Below are positions 20,507-30,091 of a DNA stretch of 30,808 bases, in pieces. The position numbers and the translations under genes were made by a program. This stretch comes from Bacteroidales bacterium (GTDB lineage: Bacteria; Bacteroidota; Bacteroidia; Bacteroidales; UBA12077): assembly GCA_028282585.1 (NCBI GenBank), contig JANQHR010000158.1:1-30808 (forward strand), in the 5' to 3' direction. Below the pieces are notes generated by a model. It ran no database searches. It had not been told where the DNA came from and was given only the letters and a program-made list of their open reading frames with translations. Each line of letters begins with the position of its first letter. Within the stretch, counting starts at the first letter, position 1.

Positions 20507-21069
20507 TACATCCAGCTTACACTAATGTTATAATATTTTTTTACTTTTTCTTTTAAAATCTCTCTAGCTCTTGACAAGTTAGATTTAGACGTACCTTCTT
20601 TTATTTTTAGCATTTCACAAATTTCTTTATGAGAATATCCTTCTATAGCATATAAGTTAAATACCATCCTATATTGAGGAGATAAGTTCTGAATTAATTG
20701 TAGTAAATCTTTTGCTGACAACTCACTCAAAACATGATCATATTTGTTGATATTAGGATCGTATTCAGATTCCATATTTACAGCAAATAAATAATTTTTA
20801 TCTCTAAACTTTTCTAAAGCTGTATTTACTATGATACGCCTTATCCAACCTTCAAAAGAACCTTTGTTATTAAATTGTTTTAGATTTATAAAAACTTTTA
20901 TAAATCCGTCTTGCAAAATATCTTTTGCTTCATCTTCGCTATCAGCATACCTTAAGCACACACCAAACATTTTATCCGCAAAAAGTTGATAAAGTTTGTT
21001 CTGCGCTGCACGATTGCCTTTTAAGCAAGCTTTTATGATTTCGGAATAATCATTCAAAATATATCGCAA
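20506..21069 (-). CDS. ECF RNA polymerase sigma factor
   Basis: AKDILQDGFIKVF, GSFEGWIRRI, VFNLYAIEGYSHKEI and GTSKSNLSRA motifs. Confidence 0.95.
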   Translation of the reverse strand: MRYILNDYSEIIKACLKGNRAAQNKLYQLFADKMFGVCLRYADSEDEAKDILQDGFIKVFINLKQFNNKGSFEGWIRRIIVNTALEKFRDKNYLFAVNMESEYDPNINKYDHVLSELSAKDLLQLIQNLSPQYRMVFNLYAIEGYSHKEICEMLKIKEGTSKSNLSRAREILKEKVKKYYNISVSWM

Positions 21070-21146
21070 GTTTTACATTGATATACAAATTTATGAATAA
21101 TTTCACTACAAAAAGCTTGCAATTTTTTTTTGTTTATTTACATTTT

Positions 21147-21176
21147 TTAGATGAATAAATGATTCATGAGGTTGCG
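21147..21176 (-). promoter_or_regulatory. Putative ECF promoter facing the ECF sigma gene
   Basis: Minus strand CGCAACC-N16-CATCTAA. Confidence 0.72.
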
Positions 21177-21213
21177 TGTAAACAAAAAGAAGTTTTTGAA
21201 AAATTAATAATAA

Positions 21214-21243
21214 CGCAACCTTTTTTCAACAAATAACGTCTAA
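21214..21243 (+). promoter_or_regulatory. Putative divergent ECF promoter
   Basis: Plus strand CGCAACC-N16-CGTCTAA, same spacing as its partner. Confidence 0.72.
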
Positions 21244-21374
21244 CTTACATCATTGCGTTTTGCAAATAATTGTTAATAAATATATATAATTGTTAATATT
21301 TTTTTGTAAATTGCTGCTTTTAGGCATTTAAGAAACAAGTTATTTTTAATTTAACGAACCCAAAAACCTAAATT

Positions 21375-21563
21375 GTGAGAATTAATCTAAGCATTATGAA
21401 CATGAGTGCGCGTACGCACTATAAAACAGTTCATAAAAAAGAAATTAATGTTGGAGTAATGATAATTTTTATAATTGTTACTGTAATGTTTTTACTCTCG
21501 TTAACTTTAAGTAATTATAGCAAAGAGTTATTTAGTAGTCAAAAAACTGAATTTAGAAAGTAA
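21375..21563 (+). CDS. Small single-pass membrane protein (start may be ATG 21396 or 21402)
   Basis: One hydrophobic segment VGVMIIFIIVTVMFLLSLTL; lies between an ECF-like promoter and a bidirectional terminator. Confidence 0.5.
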   Translation: MRINLSIMNMSARTHYKTVHKKEINVGVMIIFIIVTVMFLLSLTLSNYSKELFSSQKTEFRK

Positions 21564-21621
21564 AAATATTTTGATTTTCAACTTTCTTCTTAAGAAAGCT
21601 CATAACATTGTTATTATAGAC

Positions 21622-21651
21622 AAAAAGTGGATGAAATATCATCCACTTTTT
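21622..21651. terminator. Bidirectional Rho-independent terminator
   Basis: Perfect 13-bp inverted repeat AAAAAGTGGATGA-AATA-TCATCCACTTTTT between the convergent small ORF and lpdA. Confidence 0.88.
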
Positions 21652-21673
21652 CATTTATAAAGGTTTTCCATTA

Positions 21674-23065
21674 TTACATATGAATGACTTCGTCATAAGC
21701 TGCCGCTGCAGCTTCCATAACTGCCTCTGACATTGTTGGATGAGGATGAACTGATTTAATAATTTCGTGTCCTGTTGTTTCAAGTTTCTTAGCAACAACC
21801 AACTCTGCAATCATCTCGGTAACATTAGCACCTATTAAGTGGGCACCTAACAGTTCTCCGTACTTTTCGTCAAAAACTAATTTTACAAATCCATCCTTTT
21901 CGCCTGCTGCACTTGCTTTGCCGGATGCCGTAAATGGAAATTTTCCAACTTTGATATCATATCCAGCCTCTTTTGCTGTAGTTTCAGTCATACCCACTGA
22001 AGCTACTTCTGGTGAAGTATATGTACACGCTGGGATATTGCCATAATTGACTGGTTCCGAATCTAATCCTGCTATTTTTTCAACACATGTAATTCCCTCA
22101 GCAGATGCAACATGCGCTAAGGCTGGACCATGAACTATATCACCAATTGCATACACTCCTTCAACATTAGTTCTGTAAAAGTCATCTACTTTAACTTTTC
22201 CATTTTCAAGTTCAATTCCTAATTCTTCAATTCCAACATTTTCAAGATTAGGAGTAACTCCAATTGCTGATAAAACAATCTCCGCTTCATGAGTTTCTTC
22301 TCCTTTTTTTGTTTTTATAACAGCTTTACAAAGGTCTCCACTAGTATCAACTAATTCAACTGATGAACCTACCATTACTTTAATTCCTGCTTTTTTAAAT
22401 GAACGACCCAATTGTTTTGAGACTTCCTCATCCTCATTAGGAACAATGTTTGGTAAAAACTCTACCAATGTAACTTTTGTTCCAACTGAATTATAAAAGT
22501 TAGCAAATTCACTACCAATAGCTCCTGAGCCAACCACGATCATCGATTCAGGTTGTTTAGGTAAAGTCATAGCTTCACGATAACCAATAATCTTTTTACC
22601 ATCTTGCTTTAGATTTGGAAGTTCTTTTGATCTTGCTCCGGTTGCCAAGATAATATGCTTAGCCTGTATATCCTGAGTTTTACCTTCGCTATCAGTAATC
22701 TCGACAGTTTGTTTAGCTTTCAACTTACCGTAACCTTGAATAACTTCTATTTTGTTCTTTTTGAACAGAAATTGAATTCCTTTACTCATTCCATCGGCAA
22801 CTCCTCTACTTCTTTCTACCATTTTTACAAAATCAGGTTTTGCATTACCTTCAATGGTTATTCCATAATCGGCTGCATGTTTTACATAATTAAAGACCTG
22901 ACCACTTTTTAATAATGATTTTGTAGGGATACAACCCCAGTTAAGACATATACCGCCTAATTCAGCTTTCTCCACAACACCAACTTTCATTCCTAACTGC
23001 GATGCTCTAATGGCAGCAACGTAACCTCCTGGTCCGCTTCCTATTACAATTAAATCGTAATTCAT
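21674..23065 (-). CDS. lpdA: Dihydrolipoyl dehydrogenase
   Basis: GSGPGGYVAA, GGICLNWGCIPTK, GSGAIG and HPHPTMSE motifs. Confidence 0.98.
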   Translation of the reverse strand: MNYDLIVIGSGPGGYVAAIRASQLGMKVGVVEKAELGGICLNWGCIPTKSLLKSGQVFNYVKHAADYGITIEGNAKPDFVKMVERSRGVADGMSKGIQFLFKKNKIEVIQGYGKLKAKQTVEITDSEGKTQDIQAKHIILATGARSKELPNLKQDGKKIIGYREAMTLPKQPESMIVVGSGAIGSEFANFYNSVGTKVTLVEFLPNIVPNEDEEVSKQLGRSFKKAGIKVMVGSSVELVDTSGDLCKAVIKTKKGEETHEAEIVLSAIGVTPNLENVGIEELGIELENGKVKVDDFYRTNVEGVYAIGDIVHGPALAHVASAEGITCVEKIAGLDSEPVNYGNIPACTYTSPEVASVGMTETTAKEAGYDIKVGKFPFTASGKASAAGEKDGFVKLVFDEKYGELLGAHLIGANVTEMIAELVVAKKLETTGHEIIKSVHPHPTMSEAVMEAAAAAYDEVIHM

Positions 23066-23143
23066 TTTTAATTATCTTTTGTATGTTACTAATTCATAAA
23101 ATATGTGCGAAATTATAGCTTATTTCTTTGATTTTAAAATTTT

Positions 23144-23977
23144 TTAGATCTTCTGCCTTTTCAAATTAACGTTCTGTTTTAATACCTGCAATAACTTTGC
23201 TATAATAAAAATCATTACCAGCGAAAAAATGATTGATGCTCCGGAAGGGATATTAATCTTATATGATATAACTAATCCCATAAAAGCACCAATAAGACCT
23301 ATAACAATCGAAATAATGATAATGTTTTTAAAATTTTCCGTAAATAAGTTGGCTATAGATTGGGGAATAGTTAATAGTGAAATTACCAGAATTATTCCTA
23401 CAACTTTGATATTTAAAACAATCGTTAGAGCCACCAAACCTATTAACAGGTAATTAATTAGATCAACCGAAATTTTGTGTGTTTTTGCATATTCCTGATC
23501 ATATGAAATAAATAGAATAACGCGAAAAAATAATATAAAAATCATGATCAATAGGAGGTTTAATCCCAACATCATCCATATATCCAAGGTAGATACAGTA
23601 AGAATACTTCCAAACAGATACGACATTAAGTTTGGCGCATAGCCAGGAGTTAGGAATACAAACATAATACCTAATGCCATTCCAAACGACCAAAGTATAC
23701 CAATAACGGAATCCTCACGTATTTCCGTTTTTTTTGAAACAAACTCAATACCTAATGCTGATAAAACCGCAAAAATCGCGGCAAAAATTATGGGATTTAA
23801 GCCAAAAAAATATCCGATTCCGATACCACCAAAAGAGGCGTGCGTTATTCCACCGCTTAAAAAAACCATACGTCGAGTAACTATATAGGTACCAATAATT
23901 CCACAGCTAATACTTGCTAAAATACCAGCTAATAAAGAGTTTGTAATGAATTTATATTGTAAAAGCTCGGAAATCAT
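23144..23977 (-). CDS. znuB: Zn/Mn ABC transporter permease
   Basis: GGITHASFGG, MSYLFGSIL, KVVGIILVISLL-IP and PSGASII motifs. Confidence 0.88.
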   Translation of the reverse strand: MISELLQYKFITNSLLAGILASISCGIIGTYIVTRRMVFLSGGITHASFGGIGIGYFFGLNPIIFAAIFAVLSALGIEFVSKKTEIREDSVIGILWSFGMALGIMFVFLTPGYAPNLMSYLFGSILTVSTLDIWMMLGLNLLLIMIFILFFRVILFISYDQEYAKTHKISVDLINYLLIGLVALTIVLNIKVVGIILVISLLTIPQSIANLFTENFKNIIIISIVIGLIGAFMGLVISYKINIPSGASIIFSLVMIFIIAKLLQVLKQNVNLKRQKI

Positions 23978-24733
23978 TTAATGACTGTGTTTTTTAAGAA
24001 CCGTATGCGGTACTTCACCATGAGTGATTAGTTTAATTGGGCAGTTGTACGATTCCAATTGCTCTTCAGTGATAATATTTGATTTATGATAATGCAAAGT
24101 TCGGTTCACGCAAGCTATTGTTTTTACATAGCTGGAAATTGTACCAACATCATGCGTAACAATAATAATTGCCATTTCTTTATTAAGCTCATTCAAAATC
24201 TCGTAAAGCTCACCCTCGAACTGATTATCCACAAAGGTATTTGGTTCATCTAAAATTAATAATCGCGGCGAAGAAACAATGGCCCGAGAAAGCAACACCT
24301 TCTGCATTTGCCCTCCTGACAATTCTCCAATGGGGTATTTGCTTAAATCTGCGATTCCAATTTTTAATAACGTTTCATCTGCTTTTAATTTATCCTGTTT
24401 TGAATGCCTACTTAAAAAACCCGGCCCATAAATTAAACCTGAGAGAACAACATCTTTAACAGTAATAGGAAATTTTCTATCAATATTATTTTGTTGTGGC
24501 AAATAACCAATCTTATTATTTCTACCAAATTTCAGGTCATCAAAAAAATTAACAGATCCTTTATACGGCTTAATTAAACCAAGAACCACATTTAATAATG
24601 TTGTTTTTCCGCCTCCATTTGGACCAATTACACCGATAAAATCATCATCGAAAATATCAAGTGATATATCACTTAGAATTATATTACTATTGTATCCTGC
24701 AAAAACTGATTGTATTTCAACAATTTTACCCAT
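23978..24733 (-). CDS. znuC: Zn/Mn ABC transporter ATP-binding protein
   Basis: GPNGGGKTT, IGYLPQ, LSGGQ, LILDEP and VTHD motifs. Confidence 0.88.
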   Translation of the reverse strand: MGKIVEIQSVFAGYNSNIILSDISLDIFDDDFIGVIGPNGGGKTTLLNVVLGLIKPYKGSVNFFDDLKFGRNNKIGYLPQQNNIDRKFPITVKDVVLSGLIYGPGFLSRHSKQDKLKADETLLKIGIADLSKYPIGELSGGQMQKVLLSRAIVSSPRLLILDEPNTFVDNQFEGELYEILNELNKEMAIIIVTHDVGTISSYVKTIACVNRTLHYHKSNIITEEQLESYNCPIKLITHGEVPHTVLKKHSH

Positions 24734-25632
24734 TAATTGGCATATGATTTTACAATTTCATCAACAATCATTTTTACACTTTCTGTCCACTGATAGGCTA
24801 ATGGATCAATCTGTACCACTTTACCATCAATTTCTTTTGCAATAACTTCTGCATTATGTGTGCTAAACTGCTGTTGAACAAATACAACCTTAATATTATC
24901 CTTTTTTGCAATATCCACTATTTCCCTGATATTTGCCGGAGTTGGTTCTTTCCCGCCTATTTCTATAGATATTTGCTCCAGTCCATAATCTCTTGCAAGA
25001 TAACTTAAAGCCGGATGAAAAATTAGAAACTTCTTACCCTGTAAAGGTTTTAGTTTATTTTGGATGTATAAATCAAGTGAATCTATTTCACTTTGAAATA
25101 CGGAATAGTTCTTTTCTAAATCAGGTTTTAATAAAGGATACTTCTTACTAAAATGATTATATATGAATTCAATTTGTTTTGTTACCTCTTTTGGTGATAT
25201 CCAGATATGAGGATCAGTTCCATGATGATGGTGATGATGATGCTCTGAATGATCATGATCTACATCATGTTTGTGTTCCGCATGAATCAAATTAGCTTTC
25301 AAAGATTGGTCAATAATATCCATTTCCGAATTAATGCTTCTTATTTTGTTCATCCATGCTTTTTCGAATTCTATATGGCCTATTTTAATATAAACTTCTG
25401 AATTCGATAATTCCTTCATTTGGAGAGGAGTTGGTTCATAACTAACAGGACTTGCTCCTGGTGGTATCATTACATTAACCTTGAAATGATCTCCTACAAT
25501 TCTTTCCACAAAATATTTCTGTGGTAAAATACTAACCGAAACTACAGGTTTATCGGTAGATTCATTTTTTTTAGCGTTATTGCAAGCTGATAGAAATAAA
25601 ACGAACAATAACAAAATCCCTAATTTCTTCAT
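24733..25632 (-). CDS. znuA: Zinc ABC transporter substrate-binding lipoprotein with His-rich loop
   Basis: Lipobox FLSAC; SP-SYEPTP; HAEHKHDVDHDHSEHHHHHHH loop; DPHIW-SP; FHPAL-Y; IDPL. Confidence 0.9.
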   Translation of the reverse strand: MKKLGILLLFVLFLSACNNAKKNESTDKPVVSVSILPQKYFVERIVGDHFKVNVMIPPGASPVSYEPTPLQMKELSNSEVYIKIGHIEFEKAWMNKIRSINSEMDIIDQSLKANLIHAEHKHDVDHDHSEHHHHHHHGTDPHIWISPKEVTKQIEFIYNHFSKKYPLLKPDLEKNYSVFQSEIDSLDLYIQNKLKPLQGKKFLIFHPALSYLARDYGLEQISIEIGGKEPTPANIREIVDIAKKDNIKVVFVQQQFSTHNAEVIAKEIDGKVVQIDPLAYQWTESVKMIVDEIVKSYAN

Positions 25633-25839
25633 TTTTGAATTATTTAGAATAAATTAAAATAACAAAAATAAAGAAAAAAGGGAATTTAGCCCGACGTATT
25701 CATAATTATTATTACTTTTTAATATTTATAAATAGTAATTGTTAAACTTGACAAGTAATAACAAACAATCTGAAGTCAATAAAACATTTAATATTTCTTT
25801 TACACAAGGTTAATTTACTTGATCTGAGCATTAATCAGA

Positions 25840-26571
25840 TCAAATACTTCCTTCGTTAATATTTAGAACTTTTAATACTTGATTTTTATAACTACGACCT
25901 ATTGGGAGTTGGCGGTCGGCAATATCTATTTCGGTTGAACTAAATGCCTCTATTTTTGCGATCGATACAATGTATGATCTATGAATTCTAATAAATTGAT
26001 CTTGTGGTAACTTTTCTTCAAAGGCACTTATTGGGTGCTTAGTAACCAGGGATTTTTTCTCACATATAACTTTTACATAATCTTTTAAAGCCTCTAAATA
26101 GATCATATCCCTTAGATAAACTTTATACATTTTTTTATCAGCTTTAACGTATGTATAAGCTTCGTTTTGAACCATCGTACTTTCTTGAGAACCAAATATG
26201 GTTAGATCCCTTCCTGAGACCTCATAGTATTTGTTAACTGCCTTTAAAAATCGTTCAAACGAAATTGGTTTTAACAAATAATCAATTACATCTAATTCAT
26301 AAGCATCTATTGCATAATCACGGTAGGCGGTTGTAAATATGACTTTTGGCGGATGTTTTAATGATTTCAGAAAATCAACACCTGTAATTTTTGGCATTTG
26401 AATATCAAGAAATATTAAATCAACTTGCTTTTTACGAAGTATCTCAAAAGCAGTAACGGCATTATTACACTTTGCAACAATTTCGAAATCTTCGAACTTT
26501 GATAAGTGATTTTCAATAACTTCAATCGCCAATGGTTCATCGTCAACTATGATACATTTTGTTTTTTGCAT
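25840..26571 (-). CDS. LytTR-family response regulator
   Basis: IVDDEPLA, FLDIQMP, FTTAY, DYLLKP and FIRIHRSYIV motifs. Start placed at ATG 26571, just after the kinase stop; the ORF track starts at 26592. Confidence 0.94.
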   Translation of the reverse strand: MQKTKCIIVDDEPLAIEVIENHLSKFEDFEIVAKCNNAVTAFEILRKKQVDLIFLDIQMPKITGVDFLKSLKHPPKVIFTTAYRDYAIDAYELDVIDYLLKPISFERFLKAVNKYYEVSGRDLTIFGSQESTMVQNEAYTYVKADKKMYKVYLRDMIYLEALKDYVKVICEKKSLVTKHPISAFEEKLPQDQFIRIHRSYIVSIAKIEAFSSTEIDIADRQLPIGRSYKNQVLKVLNINEGSI

Positions 26572-26572
26572 A

Positions 26573-27646
26573 TTAATCTTCTCTTGTATCAATAGTTAGA
26601 ATAACTTTAAAGCTCTCTCCTTTATCATCGATCTTAATTTGATGTTTGTCCTTATAAACAAGTTCCAGACGCCTGATTACATTTTTTAACCCAATACCTT
26701 CCGTATATGATTCTTTTCTCCCCGAAGTATTAACATCTCGGTTGTTTTCAATGCCAAACTGTATTGTTCTTTCCTGCGTATTTAGATTAATCTCTATCCA
26801 TTTTTCGTGAATTTCACCACTTACTCCATGTTTAAACGAATTTTCAACCAACGGTAAAAGTAACATTGGAGAAATATGAAAGCCTGATAAATCATCTTCT
26901 TTGCTAAACTTTATTTTTAAATCATCACCATATCGAATTTTTTCTAGTTCGATATAGTTCTCAAGCATTTTAATCTCCTTTTCTAAAGTAACCTTTGACA
27001 CATTGCATTCATACAACATATAATCTAGCAGGTCGGAAAGTTTTAAAACTACTTCCGGTGCTTTAGGTGATTTTTTTAAAGTAAGAGCATACAAATTATT
27101 TAACGTATTGAATAAAAAATGCGGATGAATCTGGGCTTTTAAGAACTTTAATTCAGCAGCTAATTTCTCCTGTTTTAAAGAGTTTGTTAATTGTTGTGTT
27201 TGAAACCACTGTTTTAACAGCTTTATTACTGCAGCAACTACAGCTATGGCATATGTTTCTATTGCCGCATAGAATACTTTTGGCCAATAAATTAAACCCC
27301 ATTTTTCTAAAGATTCCGGATAGTAAATGGGATATAAAATAGCTGCCATTAAATATCTCTGCCCTAACCCAAGAACAAATGATAACGGAAGAATAGCTAA
27401 TACAAATGCTAAATATTTCTTTTTTAAAATAAATTTAGGTAAGAAATAGTAAACCAACGTATAGGTAGCAAATATTTTTAAGGGTAGCTGTAGTAATACA
27501 AATTGTAAGTCTTTAATAACAGTATCATCCTCACCAAGAGCAATCGGCATAAAAGTGTAAAAGAATATATAAACAAGCCAGAATAAAATATGCCACTTTA
27601 TTCTGTTAAATGATGAGCCTTGTGTATTTGAAGTGAATCCCCGCAT
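26573..27646 (-). CDS. LytS/YehU-type sensor histidine kinase
   Basis: TM N-terminus; LKAQIHPHFLFNTLNN, PLVENSFKHG, GIGLKNV. Confidence 0.94.
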   Translation of the reverse strand: MRGFTSNTQGSSFNRIKWHILFWLVYIFFYTFMPIALGEDDTVIKDLQFVLLQLPLKIFATYTLVYYFLPKFILKKKYLAFVLAILPLSFVLGLGQRYLMAAILYPIYYPESLEKWGLIYWPKVFYAAIETYAIAVVAAVIKLLKQWFQTQQLTNSLKQEKLAAELKFLKAQIHPHFLFNTLNNLYALTLKKSPKAPEVVLKLSDLLDYMLYECNVSKVTLEKEIKMLENYIELEKIRYGDDLKIKFSKEDDLSGFHISPMLLLPLVENSFKHGVSGEIHEKWIEINLNTQERTIQFGIENNRDVNTSGRKESYTEGIGLKNVIRRLELVYKDKHQIKIDDKGESFKVILTIDTRED

Positions 27647-27847
27647 AGTTAAACTATTTACAACGGTAAAAATAAAGCATTAATATACAGGAAAAGAATG
27701 AAATATTAAAATATCGACCGATTACGCAAAATGGGTGATTAAGATCACCAAAACAATTGCGAACTGCACTTAAACCTTTAAATCGGTTTTCTATCGAACC
27801 TGAATGGACAACAAGCTATATTTTCTGAAATACATGTATTTACCTTA

Positions 27848-27855
27848 TACATTTG
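27848..27855 (+). promoter_or_regulatory. -7 promoter element for the 27881 gene
   Basis: TACATTTG ending 25 nt before the ATG. Confidence 0.55.
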
Positions 27856-27880
27856 ATTCAGGAAATTAAATTTTAGGGTT

Positions 27881-30091
27881 ATGAAAAAATCACTTGCTTT
27901 GATTATGATAGTTTTCTTGACTTTTAACCTGCAAGCAAAGAAGACAGAATTCAACATAGAAGAATATACCGTAAACGTAAAACCAGCCAAAATTAGTCCG
28001 AAAATTGATGGTATAATTAATGAAAACGAATGGAAAAATGCATATACCTTCAATAATTTCTGGGATCACTGGCCATCAGACAGTACATTATCAGAGTATC
28101 AAACAGAAGTTAAAGTTACTTATGATGAAGAGTTTCTTTACCTTGCTGTTAAAATGAATGACAATAACAGGGATAAAATAATACAAACGCTAAAACGTGA
28201 TTCTGAAAATGAATATTGGAACAGTGATGCTTTTGCTGTTGTTATTGATCCTATTAACTCTAAAAGTAATGGTTATATTTTTGGTTTAAATGCCGGCGGT
28301 GCCCAGTTTGACGGGCTTATTGCCGTAGAAGGCAGTTATAACTCAATTGATCCTAACTGGGATAATATCTGGTATTCTGATGTAAGTATTGCTGAAGATC
28401 ATTGGGATATTGAAATGGCTATACCTTTTAGTTCATTGAAATACAATAGTAACAAGGAATGGGGAATTAATTTCATTCGAAATGATATGAAAAGAAATAC
28501 TTATTCTACCTGGACAAGATTCCCTATGAACTTTCAGGGTATTGATTTAGGGCACACCGGAAGTGTCGTTTTCCAGAATCTTCCGAATTCGAGTTCAAAA
28601 AAGTTTGTTATTATTCCTTCTACATTAGGTAACGTTGAACGAGACAATGAAGACGGAGTACCAACTACATCATCTGGTAATTTTGGTTTAGATTCTAAAA
28701 TAGCTATTTCATCTTCGTTAAATTTAGATTTAACTGTAAATCCTGACTTTTCGCAGGTAGAAGTTGATCAACAGGTAACTAATTTATCTCGTTTTAATCC
28801 CTATTTTCCGGAAAAAAGAAACTTCTTTTTAGAAAATAGTGATCTGTTTTCAAATTTAGGTTCAGGAGAAGCCAGGCCAATTTTCACTCGAAAAATTGGT
28901 TTAAAGGATGGTGAAAATGTTCCAATTATAATGGGCGCAAGGTTAAGCGGTAACATTTCAGAAAAAACCAGAATTGGATTTATGGATGTTCAAACCGGTC
29001 AGAAAAGTGATATAACTGCTGAGAATTATGCTATTGCTTCGGTTCAGCAAAAGGTATTGGATAGGTCGAGCATTAAAACTTTTTTTGTAAACCGTCAGGC
29101 TGTAAATAACTCTCAATTTATTTCGAACGATTATAACCGTGTTGGTGGAGTAGAGTTTAACTACTTATCCAAGGATGGAAAGGTTCAGGGATCTGCTCTT
29201 TATCATAACAGTTTCACTCCCGAAAAATACACAAGTAGTGGGTTTTATAGTGCAGGAGCATCCTATAATTCAAGAAAAATTTATGGGTCACTCTTTCTAT
29301 TTCAAATGGATAGAAATTATATTGCTGATGTAGGGTTCACACCAAGGTTATTTAATTATGATTCTGAAAGAGATACTACATTCAGGTTAGGATATAAAGA
29401 ACTGTTTTCGCGACAACTAATAAAATTCTATCCCAAAAATAGTATTCTTAATATGTATAGATTCGGAGGAATGACCAGGCTATTTTACAATACAGCCAAT
29501 AACTTAACAGAATATGAACTTATTGGTGATATATTTCTTCGATTTAAGGGAAGAAGTTGGTTATATGCCAGATACTATTTCTCTATGGTTGATCTGCCGT
29601 TTCCAACTAAAATAATTGACAGCGACAATTCCCTTCCTGCACAGCGTTACGATTATAACGGTTTTTTTGCCAGGTATAGAACCAGTCCAAACAGAAAAGT
29701 AAGCGGATTTTTATTCGGAGGGTACGGTTCCTTCTTTAATGGAACAAGACTAACTGTTGGAACATCTGTAAATTACCGTATTCAACCCTGGGGCAATTTT
29801 AGCATTGATTACCAGCTAAACAAAGTCGAACTTGCCGAAGGTTATGGAAAGCAAGACTTACACCTGTTAGGCACGAAAACAGAAATATCATTTTCGAAAA
29901 AACTTTTCTGGACAACTTTTTTACAATACAACACGCAAGCAGAAAACTTTAATATCAACAGCAGAATTCAATGGCGATACAAACCTATGTCGGATATTTA
30001 TTTCGTTGTAACCAATAATTACAATTCCTATGATTTTAGCCAAAAAGATCTGATGTTTGTTCTCAAGTTAAGTTACTGGCTAAATGTTTAA
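27881..30091 (+). CDS. CBM9-like / DUF5916-type exported, probably outer-membrane, protein
   Basis: Signal peptide; PKIDG---E-EW, TEVKV-YD, W--EMAIPFSSL, LT-NPDFSQVEVD, FPEKR-FFLE; beta-strand-rich C-terminus ending KLSYWLNV. Confidence 0.8.
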   Translation: MKKSLALIMIVFLTFNLQAKKTEFNIEEYTVNVKPAKISPKIDGIINENEWKNAYTFNNFWDHWPSDSTLSEYQTEVKVTYDEEFLYLAVKMNDNNRDKIIQTLKRDSENEYWNSDAFAVVIDPINSKSNGYIFGLNAGGAQFDGLIAVEGSYNSIDPNWDNIWYSDVSIAEDHWDIEMAIPFSSLKYNSNKEWGINFIRNDMKRNTYSTWTRFPMNFQGIDLGHTGSVVFQNLPNSSSKKFVIIPSTLGNVERDNEDGVPTTSSGNFGLDSKIAISSSLNLDLTVNPDFSQVEVDQQVTNLSRFNPYFPEKRNFFLENSDLFSNLGSGEARPIFTRKIGLKDGENVPIIMGARLSGNISEKTRIGFMDVQTGQKSDITAENYAIASVQQKVLDRSSIKTFFVNRQAVNNSQFISNDYNRVGGVEFNYLSKDGKVQGSALYHNSFTPEKYTSSGFYSAGASYNSRKIYGSLFLFQMDRNYIADVGFTPRLFNYDSERDTTFRLGYKELFSRQLIKFYPKNSILNMYRFGGMTRLFYNTANNLTEYELIGDIFLRFKGRSWLYARYYFSMVDLPFPTKIIDSDNSLPAQRYDYNGFFARYRTSPNRKVSGFLFGGYGSFFNGTRLTVGTSVNYRIQPWGNFSIDYQLNKVELAEGYGKQDLHLLGTKTEISFSKKLFWTTFLQYNTQAENFNINSRIQWRYKPMSDIYFVVTNNYNSYDFSQKDLMFVLKLSYWLNV

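Noticed and set aside
25633-25839. Zur/Fur box upstream of znuA
   Set aside because: Only weak AT-rich inverted repeats, not distinguishable from chance.
1394-28053. Short antisense or nested ORFs (e.g. 1394, 1423, 3815, 6398, 7954, 8229, 12365, 13316, 15990, 19995, 22655, 23229, 27778)
   Set aside because: All overlap longer, well-supported genes and show no recognisable motifs.
27881-30091. 736-aa gene next to the array as a novel Cas effector
   Set aside because: It has a signal peptide and CBM9/DUF5916-type motifs, no recognisable nuclease architecture, and lies on the trailer side.
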